A stretch of 64,000 bases of DNA. It comes from Eledone cirrhosa (taxonomy: Eukaryota). Where the stretch lies: the NCBI GenBank assembly GCA_964016885.1, contig OZ024744.1:60574001-60638000 (forward strand). Direction: 5' to 3'. A model generated the notes under the pieces. It saw only the letters and a list, made by a program, of their open reading frames with translations. It was not told the origin of the DNA and ran no database searches. The translations under genes were made by a program, and so were the position numbers. Below, in pieces: positions 13,658 to 26,062 of the stretch. Every line of letters starts with the position of its first letter. Within the stretch, counting starts at the first letter, position 1.

Positions 13658-13821
13658 GTGTCTATGAATATGTTCCCACAGAAGACGGTAATGGCATGCG
13701 ACTACAGATCAATGCTCAGAATTGTATCCATTGTAAAACCTGTGATATCAAGGATCCGAGCCAAAATATAAACTGGGTATGTCCCCAGGGAGGAGAAGGC
13801 CCTGCTTACAATGGAATGTAA
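13658..13821 (+). CDS. ETFDH: ETF-ubiquinone oxidoreductase, last coding exon (164 nt including TAA)
   Basis: cacag acceptor. Encodes [54 protein letters not shown], with the CxxCxxC 4Fe-4S motif and the conserved ETF-QO C-terminus. Confidence 0.97.
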
Positions 13822-13889
13822 CAGTCAAACTTGCTTCTTGAGAGCTGTAGAGGGTTTTTTTGTTTTTTTTTATAATTACAATTAATTTT

Positions 13890-13959
13890 AATAAATCATT
13901 TTTTTTTTTTAGTTGTTGAAACTTTGTTGAAAGATAAAAATTGTTACAGTTGTAATAAA
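13890..13959 (+). terminator. Candidate ETFDH polyadenylation signals (AATAAA at 13890 and 13954)
   Basis: Two AATAAA hexamers about 70 and 130 nt after the stop, with T-rich sequence downstream. The background is AT-rich, so specificity is low. Confidence 0.45.
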
Positions 13960-14688
13960 ATGACACATTACATATGAATTGTAATAACACAAACAGAAAA
14001 ACCTTTCAAACTTGTATAAGTCTTCTACCAAAAGTATTAGTTTTCTATTAATTTTTTCCTCTTTATGCTACAGATGCCTTGAATAATCAGTTTGTGCTTT
14101 TTTTTCAATTTCAGTTTTAAAATAAGTAAAATTCTTAAGTTTGGTTTATTAGGTAGGGTGTTCCTACAACTCACCTATAAGCCCTCTTATAGGTGGTTCT
14201 ATTCAGAGATGACACTAGGTCTAGTAAAAACTTCCTTGTCTTCCTAAAACACACCTATAGCCCTTCTGTTAGCTATAGACTGTTCTATTTAGACAACCAA
14301 CCACACTGGTAAAAACCTGCTCAAATTTATTAGTTGGTGAAGAATTTTTGTCTATATTAGCCTTTCTTGGAGAAGTTTCCTTATAACCGATTGTGCCCCA
14401 GAGATGTTTCTGGTGATATCTTTATACAATCAAGTCACATTCAGAGAGATCATGCCTTCACCAAGCTTTTAAAGAACAGTTCAGCTTGATACTTAATTGA
14501 ACAATCCACTATTAAACCCTTTTATTTATTTTTTTACTTTATTTATAATGATTTGTAAATTGCCTATGTGTTTGAATTGATTCTTAGTATAACCAAAATA
14601 TTAGAATGTTTTTTAGTAAAATATATTAAGTTGGCCAACTGAAATCTCATCTTCCAACTGGTGATGTCCAGTAGAAGCAAGGGGGACA

Positions 14689-14732
14689 ACCGTCTATGCA
14701 TTTCAGGCTTAATTGGCCTTCGTCAGGATGGT
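14689..14732 (-). ncRNA. Minimal type I hammerhead ribozyme
   Basis: Minus strand reads accatc CTGACGA aggc caattaa gcct GAAA tgca TA gacggt: intact core, 4-bp stem II, palindromic mini stem III, one mismatch in stem I. Confidence 0.8.
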
Positions 14733-14967
14733 CCCTCCCACCGCTTGCAACTGCTGGACTAAAACCATATTTCTTTGGAGATACGAAATATTTATACATA
14801 ATGTATAAAGTTATGCTTGAAGCGAAATCCTATTTCTTTTTTATTATAAGTTGAGCCAACTTATGCAGCTTCATATGCAAATGAGATTAATCACCTCATT
14901 TACACAGACAAGAAAACTATATATTCTTGCCTGTCTTCTAGTCCAGCAGTTGTAAGCGATGGGAGGG

Positions 14968-15011
14968 ACCATGTTGACGAAGGCCAGTTAAGCCTGAAAT
15001 GGATAGATGGT
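14968..15011 (+). ncRNA. Degenerate hammerhead copy
   Basis: accatg TTGACGA aggccagttaagcct GAAA tgga TA gatggt, with a C3U change and a mutated stem III relative to the - copy. Confidence 0.55.
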
Positions 15012-16054
15012 TGCCCCCCTTGCTTCTGCTGGACATCACCAGAGGGCGCCGTCGTCGCCCCCCCCCCCGGGCTTGCATGGCTACGGCTTCCTAAAACCGT
15101 ATTTCTTTGGAGATACGAAATATTTATACATATTGTATAAAGCTATGCTTGAAGCGAAATCCTATTTAAAAATAGATTTGTTAATTCGAATGTTTATAGT
15201 ATTGTTACTAGTGGACAGACTGCTGTTTGCATGTTTAGAGTAAAGGCTTTAATTTTTAATGTGATGCAGTCATAGTGTTTTGTATTTTTCAAGAATATAT
15301 TGCTAATGCTGTTTCATGTGGTTCAGGACATTAGTAATAAATAATTTAACTGCTAAACAGCAAATAGTGGGGCTACTTATTGATAGCACCAGGTGGAACT
15401 ATCCAAAATGAATATAAAATTGTTATAGGACTTCTTTTTTCCCATTGTATATTTTAAATAGACATGATGAAGATGATGATGATGATACTGTTTTAGAAAG
15501 CAGTCATCAAAACAGCAATTCAGTAATTTTATTATACACTCACTACAGTTCTATTTATAGCCAATTTTTTTTTTTTATAACCGAACTTCATGTAAATAAT
15601 TTCAGATTAAAGGAGACACTTCACATTCATTAACCTTTGGTGAATATATATATTCCCTTGGCAACAATGAGTTGATGTTATTAGACAGTGTTGACCATTC
15701 AATGGGTGTTTTGATTCTGAACTGTATCACCATCCTGTTGGTGTATTGGCAATGATGGCCAAATCACTGCTGATCTTCTTCCAGTTTAACTCCTCTCTTC
15801 TGCAGTTTTATTTTTACAGTCAATTCTATTCTTTAATAACAATTATGTTAAAGAAAATATATTATTGTATACAGGCAGCAAATTGGCAATCATTAGAACA
15901 TCAGTATTTGTTTCGATGTCAATTTTACTTTACATCCTTTCGAGATTGATAAAGTAACATTCCAGCACTTGGATCAATCCTTCCCTAGATCTCTCTCTCA
16001 GCTGTGTTAGACTTGGAGAAGGATGAGCACCACCAGGTTTAAATACCTAAGACA

Positions 16055-16480
16055 AATTGATAAAATAAAATACCAGTCAAGTACTGGAGTCAACATAATC
16101 AACTTTCCCAAAATTGTTGGCCGTATCAATGTTAGGTAGAATTGTTAGATCATCAGACAAAATGTTTTGAAACATTTGTTCCATATCTCTACATTCTGAG
16201 TTCAAATCCCACTGAGGTTAACTTTGCTTTTCATTCTTTTGGGGTCAATAAAATAAAGCACTAGTCAACTACTGGTGTTGGGTTAATCAACTTTCTCTTC
16301 TCCCCAAAATTGCTGATCTTGTGCCTAAATTAGAAACCATTGTTATAAGAACAGTATCATCATAGTGTCGGACAAAATGTTCTGAGTTCAAATCCCGTCA
16401 AAGTCAATAAAATAAAGTACCAGTCAAATACTGGGGTTGATTTAATCAACTTTGCCCTTCACCAAAAATTTGCTGGCCTT
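16055..16480 (+). mobile_element. Tandem cluster of a second SINE-like family (other pieces at ~940-1012, 50360-50420, 55900-56080, 62490-62605)
   Basis: Three related units containing ctgagttcaaatccc...gtcaataaaataaagtaccagtcaagtactggggttga. Confidence 0.6.
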
Positions 16481-17689
16481 ATTATTACGATTTATTATTC
16501 TGCACATCAAAACAAAATGTAGTAAAAAAAAAAGGGCAAGAAAATATGCACAACTGACTATATTATTTGTCAGACTACCTGTGGATAGATAACAAGCATT
16601 TAAAAGCCATTTTCCCTACCAAATCAAGAGCTAACCTTGTGAACCATACATGTTTCACACTTATACAGGTTTTTAACGCCTTTCATAGTGCTGAACAAGA
16701 GAGGGGGTTGACATAAAGTCAATTAGATGCAACCTTAGTAAATTACTGGTATGTACATGGTATTTAATTTGAAGGAATTAAAAGCAAGTGTCCACCTTGG
16801 AAGGATTTGAACCCTGAACATAAGAGGGAGAAAAATATAATGCATCTTAGCCTGGTAATTATCACTTCTACCAACTCACTACTACTACCCCTTCACTACA
16901 ATTGTATAACCAATACAGTTGTATTAAGCTGTTTTATATGTTAATTGCTAAACTGTTATACAGTTGACAATATATATGTATATATAATTTAAGTATATAT
17001 GTGTGTGTGTGTGTATATATTATATAGGAAGGTATAAACACAATAGTGGCACCAAGTGGTTTCGACTTGTGTCCAGCAAGCTTTTTCAAGTACATAATAT
17101 ATATATAATATATGGCCGTCCAACCCTTGCTCGGAGGTTAAGCGGACATTAAAGGATGATAATAATTAATAGTAATATATATATACACCTCCTGTAAATT
17201 ATTTAAGAAAGGATGAGATTCTATTTTTTATAATTGTTACAAAACAAAACAAAAAAAAAATTTAAATACAGCCAGATGAAAAATAAAATATGTAAGACTT
17301 CAGCAAAATATGAAAATAAACCAATTGAATGTCACTTGTCTTAATTTTCTGACTTGCTCCTTCTCCAAACCTGTTATGTGAACATCAATTATCTAGACTT
17401 ATGGACTTTTTTAACTTTTAACATCCTGTAATAATTTATCAGAAAATATCTGATATGTGAGTTTGTTGATTCAAATGTTTATAGTATCTTTAATAATGGA
17501 CAGATTGTTGTGAAAGTTTGTAGTGTTAAAGTAAAGCCTATACATTTTAATGTGATGCAGTCATAAGGGTATCTTGTCTTGCCCAATAATGGTTTCATGT
17601 AGTACAAGATGTTAAGATTTAACCAGCTATACTGTATGTCAACTGAGCTTGAGAATATTTGCTTACCATGAAAGATAGGTCAGGTGAAA

Positions 17690-20192
17690 TTATAGATATG
17701 CTTTATCAGAAGTAAGTGGATGTGTACAGAGTGCAAAAGGTGGGGTGAAAGTGTATCTCGACCAGATTCTATTTGAAGAACAGAAGTTAGAAACAATGAA
17801 ACAGTAGGCATAGTGGGTGCATTATTAGCAATGAAATAGACAGGTAATGTAATTAAGATGCTCAAGGTAAACAACAAAATAATTAATCTTAGACTTATCA
17901 TAAGTAACACTCCAGTAGCTGTTATATCTGCTTATGCACCACAGTTGTGACTCTGATGAGTAAAATATGTTTCTATAAGTTCCACTAGTAAACCAGCTGT
18001 GACTTATCTTGTGATTGGTAGATATTACTGTTTAGCAGTACCATGACGGCTACATTAGAGAACATTGTAGCTATAGATATAAGTACAAAAAAATGATGTG
18101 AGCTCAAGGCTCCTGGAGTTTTGTGATACAAATGACCTAATTATCCACAATGCGACTTCAGGAAACCATCCAGCCACTTGATCACTTACCAAACAAGGAA
18201 ACACACAAGCCAGATTGACTTTATACACACTGTGAAATAGGATAGACAGATGGTTGTGAATATTAATTTTTTTTCCTGATGATGAATATACCACCCAGCA
18301 TAAACTATAGACTATTGATTATGACTTCAGAATAAGAACTAGACAAGACAGAGACATAAGACAACCTGGAAAGGTTAGGAGTGGCAATTGAAAGAACTGT
18401 CTTATCAAAAATACATTCAGGGAGGTACTGTGTGATTGTATATAATGAGAAAGATGAACAGGACAGCTTGGAATTTTTATGGAACCTGCTTTGAGCCACA
18501 GATGAGATTTGAGTTACTAGCCAAACAGACGACTTAATGACAAAATATTGATAGAGCCATAAAAGCTAAACAATAGGATTGGCCAGACTAGAAGAAATGA
18601 AGCAATAAAGTACAATATCAAGTAGCTAAAAGAAAAGCCAGAGATCAGGGAAAGGAGAGGCTGAAAGTAGGTTTGCTTGTGTTCTATGTTGAACAAATTA
18701 GAGGTGCGAAGATTTTCAGGTTGTGAAGGCAATCAAGACATTGTTAGGGAAAAGTATTTCCAAAATAACATCACACCTACCCTCATTGATGTGCAAAAGA
18801 ATGAAGTTTGATAAAATAATGAGAAGTTATGGAATGCTGAAAATATTTGAAGCACAACTCAAGCAAGTCAGTCATGTAATAAAGTACTATAAGGTGGGGG
18901 AATGCTCTAGAAAGAAGCAACTATAAAAATAAGTTTTAGTACTACTAGTTAGGAACAGAATTAGTTTAGATGTAATGCAGTTTTGATTTGTGCCAAATCA
19001 AGGACTCTATTGACACTTTCTTCCTCATGAAACAACTGCAAGACTTCCTATCTAAGAGAAAGCCACTACAGCTAGCATTTTTTGATTTGGAGAAGTACTA
19101 TTATCTAGCTTGGCAGATTTAAGAAAACTAGGTAAAGATGAATAGTTTGAGCAATCTATTATACAGAAATGTGGGTAAAATGAGAGTTAACAGTGAGTTA
19201 AGTATGGAATTTAATGTACATATAGATTTATCATTGCACTTCTGGCCATTGCAGAAGAATAACTGGTTAAGCTAGATCTGTAGATCTAAAGAAATTCCAA
19301 ATGTGAAATAAAATTGTTGAATCAAAATTAAGTTAGCATAAGCCAAAGTTCTAGTAAGAAAAGAAAGTCAACAAAATTGTTGCCATCAGGGAAACGAATG
19401 TTCGATATGTAGAAAAGGAATTGGTAGGAACTCTATGCAATGAATGCATAAAGGAAGTGGGATCGCAGTGAGGTGAACAGAGATCATCTCTTTATGTGGC
19501 AGATGTACAAGCAAAGGCACATGATCTAGTAATTATTTGGATTCACAATCGTGAGGTTGTGAGTTCCATTCCTAGACTGGATGGCGCATTGTTCTTGAGC
19601 AAGACTCTTTATTTCACGTGGCTCCTTCTGCCAGGAGTTGCAGTCAGTAGATAGTTTTCAGCATCAGCAATGGAAAGACCAATGGAAATATTGTCTTGGT
19701 CTGATCTGACAAGATCCATCCCATTCAGTAAGTGAATGAAGTATTCAAGAGTCAGAGGCTGAATGCTTAAAATACCCCACAAAAGTGGTTGGTGGCTTCT
19801 GTTACATAGGTGACTTTATTAGAAGTGGAGGAGCATGCTCTGAAAGCATAGTAGCTAGAATAAGTTGAGGTAACTATTTCCTTCTGCAAGTAACAAAGAA
19901 ATCCTCAGTATGAAGCTTATGTTCCTAAAGCAATGCTGCACAGTAGAAAACATGGGCTTTATATGCAGATGTGCATAAACAATGAAGTACAGAGAATAAT
20001 TGGATGTCGTGTGCAATAGAAAAAGACTACTGGTGCAGACAGGTAGTGTGTGGATGATGATCATTTGGTAAAGAAGTACCAGGAAGACATGACCAGAAGT
20101 GATAAATAATCTCAAAGATGAGGAAGTAATGCAGCATTGAAGAAGACCCATGCAAGCATGGAAAAACAGACATTACAAGGATGATGATGATA
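17690..20192 (+). mobile_element. Old, heavily decayed near-full-length RTE LINE with a nested SINE (~19515-19630)
   Basis: Remnants of ISAYAPQ, LLEFCDTNDL, LDVMQF, LAFFDLEK and FCYIGD in colinear order; ends cccatgcaagcatggaaaaacagacattacaaggatgatgatga. Confidence 0.75.
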
Positions 20193-20311
20193 AACATGTA
20201 AAAACATTACATGAAAGAGGTATTGCTAACACTGATGCCCCAATTTTATTTTTTCCTCAGTTACCAGATCCCCGAGTTTCATTTCAGTTAATTTAAACTG
20301 TTAAAATAATT

Positions 20312-20940
20312 TTCTTCTTCACCCACTTATTCCTGGAAGGGTTGTGGGGGCAGTCCTCAAACCTTCCAGCAGGTCGTCATAAGCAAACGTCTCCAGCTGG
20401 ATCCCCAAGCGCGACCAGCCAAGCTCATGAATGTTATCCAACCATCTTGCTTGGGTCTCCTGCTAGTTGATTTTGCCCGTAAAATCTGTCGTGATTCTTT
20501 CCCCGAGACATTCTAACCACATGCTCATAGTATCGGAGTGACTCTCTCGACTCCAAGCTACACACTATATCGAGTAACAAAGAGGAATCCCATTTTGGCG
20601 GCTTATATTTGCAATCATTACCCAAGATTTATGACCACAGGTAAGGGTTGGCACGAAGCCCAAGTTTGGCTTTTATGCGTACCTCCCTTCTGATTACTAA
20701 ATGCTGAAACTGGCACATTACTGCACCAGCTTTTGCAATTCTTGCACTTAGTTCAGCCTGTCTTCCATCACTCATGAAGACGGCCCTGAGGTACTTGAAC
20801 TTTTCCCTCTGCTTCAGTGGAACACCATTCACATGTAGCATGCACTGCTCTGGCTCCCTTGAGAGGACAAGTGTCTCAGTTTTCACTGCACTAATTTTCA
20901 TTCCAGCCATTAAACTATCAAGTGCAAGTTGAAGATAATC
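20312..20940 (-). mobile_element. 3' fragment of a different RTE-clade family (Expander/Rex3-like)
   Basis: AGMKISAVKTETLVLSREPEQCMLHVNGVPLKQREKFKYL...DGRQAELSARIAKAGAVM...KAKL, then PTCGHKSWVM (cf. PTLTYGHELWVM). A (GAA)n-like tail lies near 20312-20320. Confidence 0.75.
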
Positions 20941-22356
20941 TTAACACATAAAAATGACCAACATGCTGAAGGACTTAAAAACATAGCAACATCAAGAGTG
21001 TATTATATTCCTTCCATCTACATGATCAGATCAGTAATCTGAACAAAATACAGCTCATTTGGATAACCAACATCTATCAAATTAATTGTCATGGTAAGTA
21101 TTTCATTGCAATTAAATGTAAGAATTGATTTTTATGCATGAAACACAATGAAACCAAATTGAGGCATTGCGTCAAAACAAGTATATATCTTATCAAAACT
21201 ACAAATAACCCACCACATGAAGAATCAATCAACTCTTTTTACTTATTAAAATACTAACACCAGTCCATCCACAGGTTAAACCCACAGCTGCTGTTGACAC
21301 TCACTTTCAACTGAGTAACCATACACTGAAGAGTTTTGCTAAAGAATACATGCTGCTCAGTTTGAGAATCAACTCAACATTACAATCATGAGACCAAAAC
21401 CCTAACCCTGCGTGAATTCCCATGCTCTTGGAATATTAGCCTCCTAATTGTGGAGAACGGTTTCAGATTTTGTTTTCAGGAATCATTTGATGGATAAGGA
21501 AGAAGTTTTCCTTAAACCAGAGACCCAAGTGCATTACCTGTGCCAGAGGTTTAGCCCTTTCGATATATTGTCAATAAAAGATACTGCTTATAATTTTTTT
21601 AATAGTAATATAGCTATTTTACAATTCAACTGTTTGAAACATAACTCAATGATTTTTACATAAAATCATGATTGAAGCTTTTTAGATTAACATTTTAAGA
21701 GAGAAGCAAAAGCAGAGTTGTATATACAGACTCTAAACCATATATTTTATCTTATCCACCACACTATAACTTTCTAGTAACCCCGAGAAGAATATCAACC
21801 CTAAGTTTGACAGGACCTATAAAGGTAATGGATTTTGCACACTAATAATCTCTTATTTTAGAAACCATTATTTTTCACCATTGTCAAAATTCAGATTTGT
21901 TTTTGTTGCATAGTGTCAAGAATTAGAATAATAGACACAATAAGCACCTTATTTACAGCCATCAATGTCACAGGCTAATATTTAGAATGTCAATTTAAGT
22001 GAAACTTTTTTTTTTTTGTAGTGATTTATAAGGAAAATTCAACATGTCTTTTTGTAGGAAAGAGACTGACTCAGTAAACAGGTTAACTTTTTATAACTGT
22101 AGCAAATCATTCAATATATTTCAATAATGAAAGGAGATATAAAATATAATAAAATAACTCGGACACAAAAGGAAAACCAAATGAAACACCTTTATTTCAC
22201 TTGCATACCAATGACAAATTAAAAATTTATGGATCCAAGGAATTCTCCAAAAATAGTATAATAAAATTACTTGTATTCACCAATGTTAAATTACTAAAGT
22301 AATAATCAGACATATTAAAGCTCTAAGACTATATTATGTAAATAATTAAATCATTA

Positions 22357-22396
<40 letters not shown>

Positions 22397-22405
22397 TATA
22401 TGATA

Positions 22406-22442
<37 letters not shown>

Positions 22443-22554
22443 CAATACATGGCACATATATGATACATGATAAATATGATATATTTATATATAATATATA
22501 CAGTATATGATAGATGTATATGAAACAATACATGGTACATATATGATACATGAG

Positions 22555-22585
<31 letters not shown>

Positions 22586-23002
22586 TAAGGCTAATAAGGC
22601 TAATTAAAAAGGCAGGGGCTAGTAAAGATGAGATGTGTAGATCTAATCTGATTGCTTCAGAAAGAAGTAAAAGATTAGTAAGAGAGAAAGAAGGAAAGAG
22701 GAAGAAATTGTTTGCATGTTATGTCCACCCACCCCTCCCATCTCAAGGATTATTTTGGTGAATTATAGAATAGAATTGTTTGGAAATTTGGTAAAAAGTT
22801 ACCAGTAGAAGCTATTGCAATAACAAGGAATGTATTATTTCTTCTACAAGATGTAATAATTAGTGCAGTAGTATGAATCCTGCCAGCACCACAAAATCAA
22901 TTTCTAAATATATTGCTATTTTATATGGGGGATGGGTCTTTCTCATCTCAAATTTTGTTTTCATGAGGGCCAGCCAGTCAGGAGATACCACTTGATATAG
23001 AT

Positions 23003-23038
<36 letters not shown>

Positions 23039-23993
23039 TATGTAGATAAATAGCAATATATAGCCCTGCCTTGCTGCCATTTAAAAGAGAATATTGCTAT
23101 TTCCAACAAATTCTATTGCGAGGAGAAAAGGGAGGGGAGCATAATTAAAACTTCAATAAATTGCCAAGCTTTTTCATGCTACTGAGGAATTTTCCGTTAT
23201 GAGACAACATTACAATACTAATACAATTACTTTTACATAAAGCATTTACAAGTTAATAATAATTGCTGACCAAAACCTAAGAATTTAACATGGTGAAAAC
23301 TTAGTATCATCACTTACAATATGAGGAACTGGTATATCATTACAATATACATAATTTTTTAATTTTTATTTTTTACAAAAATTGAACAAAAACTAGGGAA
23401 TGGCAAAATATAAAAGCACATAATGTGCATGTCATTCACACCAAAATACAAAACTGGTCAACTGAACAAAGCGACCTCAACTCTGGCCAAAAAGGTGTGA
23501 AAAAATAGGAACTCTAAAACTGAGAATCTTGTAATCATTTTAATATATATATATATATTTTAAATAAATTTCTTCAGATAAGTCTTTCAAACCAGCAAAA
23601 AATATTAATTTTAAATGCCAGGCCTTAGATGGTGCTGCTGCTGTTGATATTTTTATTTTTTATTTTCATTTTGCTGGGAATCAAAATAGTTGATGGATTG
23701 ATTAGAAAAAATAACATTGCAAAATATTAAATATATAGTTGTATATGAAAAGTGTGGTGAAATAGTAAAGTATTTCAAAAATAATAAACAGATACCAAAA
23801 AAAAAAAAAAAACAAAAAAAAAAAAAAAAAAAAACACCTATGGATCTTATCAAACACACCATATTACATTTGTGCTCAGATAAAAAAAAAAAAAAAAGGG
23901 AACGCAGCTAATTTGATATGGCTAAAATGGCAGACTTCACAACCTTCTCTAACAGATGGAAGTCACAATTAAATAAATAAAAAATATACATTT

Positions 23994-24035
<42 letters not shown>

Positions 24036-24511
24036 CCTCCCCTTCCACCCATCCAAGCAAATTCCCTGATTAAAAAAGGAACATAGGTGTGTATCAGCAG
24101 TGAGCAAGTACCAGGCAGTGACCTTAACTAATTTGTTTTTTGTTTTGTTTTTAAAAAAAAAATTAAATAAATAAATTGCCATATAGATATATATAAAAAT
24201 TACAAAAATAAAAACTTTCAAAAAACAAAAGGAAAAAGAATCCAGGCTAAATCTATTATTGTAAATATAAGTTTAAAAATAAAAAAAATTATATTTTCCA
24301 GTGTGTGTGTGCGTACGCATGTACACACACAAACATAACATAAATCCATTCCAGCCCCTAGAGATTTCAAGAGCAAAATGTCAAATGGTGTATTTACAGA
24401 AAAGATCCACTGCTTACAGTAAGTCTTCAAATATATCACTGCCCAGAACAAAGCACAAACTGGAAAGCAGTATAAGTTCTAATAAAAAATAAGAGGAAAA
24501 AAAAACTTCCT

Positions 24512-24547
<36 letters not shown>

Positions 24548-24940
24548 TTTTTTCTTTCATTTTTCTTTTTTAAAATGTTTCAAAATAAAGTTTCATCAAT
24601 AGGGAGAAAAATATGAAAAAAGTAAAAAATAATTTCTTAGGGAGAGGAGGAAGAGAAAAAATACTAATTTTTTTTTGTTTAATTATCAGTGTAAATATAA
24701 GAGAAATGCTGAGGATGCTTGCATATCTAATGAGATGTGGATTTAATAACATTGTTCCTGTAATACATGTTAAGCACCAACAGGAAAAGAGAAGTTCCCC
24801 AGGACCGATTAAGAAAAATATTTTTTTTTTTTTTTTTTTTTTTACAGCTACAGACAAAGTCTGTCTGCTTTTCACCCCTCCTAGCCTGCTGCAGCCATTT
24901 TCATAACTCCACAAGTCTTGATAGATTTAACAGCTTGTTT

Positions 24941-25017
24941 TATATATATATATATATATATTGTATATATATATGTATATATATATATTGTATATATATA
25001 TGTATATATATATATTG

Positions 25018-25077
<60 letters not shown>

Positions 25078-25091
25078 TGTATATATATGTG

Positions 25092-25126
<35 letters not shown>

Positions 25127-25323
25127 ATACATATATACATAATATACATATATACATAATATACACATATATATATACATATACATATATACATAATATA
25201 CACATATATATATACATATATACATAATATACATATATATACATATATATATATATACATATATATATATACATATATATACATATATATATATATATTA
25301 TATATATTATATATATATATATG

Positions 25324-25365
<42 letters not shown>

Positions 25366-25445
25366 CATATATATATTATATATATATATGTATATACATA
25401 TATATATATACATATATACATAATATACATATACATATATACATA

Positions 25446-25477
<32 letters not shown>

Positions 25478-25527
25478 ATATATATATACATATATATACA
25501 TATATATACATATATATACATATATTA

Positions 25528-25597
<70 letters not shown>

Positions 25598-25668
25598 GTA
25601 TATATACATATATATATATGTATATATATATATATGTATATATGTATATATATATATATATGTATATA

Positions 25669-25713
<45 letters not shown>

Positions 25714-25756
25714 ATATATGTATATATGTATATATATGTATATATGTATATATATG

Positions 25757-25821
<65 letters not shown>

Positions 25822-25900
25822 GTATGTATATATATATGTATGTATATATATATGTATATATATATATATATGTATATATATGTGTATATATATATATGTG

Positions 25901-25932
<32 letters not shown>

Positions 25933-25942
25933 TATGTATTTA

Positions 25943-25983
<41 letters not shown>

Positions 25984-25986
25984 TTA

Positions 25987-26060
<74 letters not shown>

Positions 26061-26062
26061 CA
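24941..26062. repeat. Compound (TA)n microsatellite with TG/CA interruptions
   Basis: Directly visible; source of the YIYI ORFs. Confidence 0.97.

Larger units (their letters stand above)
14658..15167. mobile_element. Small rearranged element: ~104 bp inverted pair (14658-14761 / 14939-15042) plus 77 bp direct pair (14759-14835 / 15091-15167)
   Basis: Both repeat pairs are visible directly. The inverted unit contains a hammerhead motif, suggesting a Penelope-like pseudo-LTR remnant. Confidence 0.7.

Noticed and set aside
14172-14195. Perfect 10-bp hairpin cacctataag-ccct-cttataggtg after the ETFDH stop
   Set aside because: An isolated short stem with no recognisable motif (not histone stem-loop, IRE or SECIS); plausibly chance or a repeat remnant.
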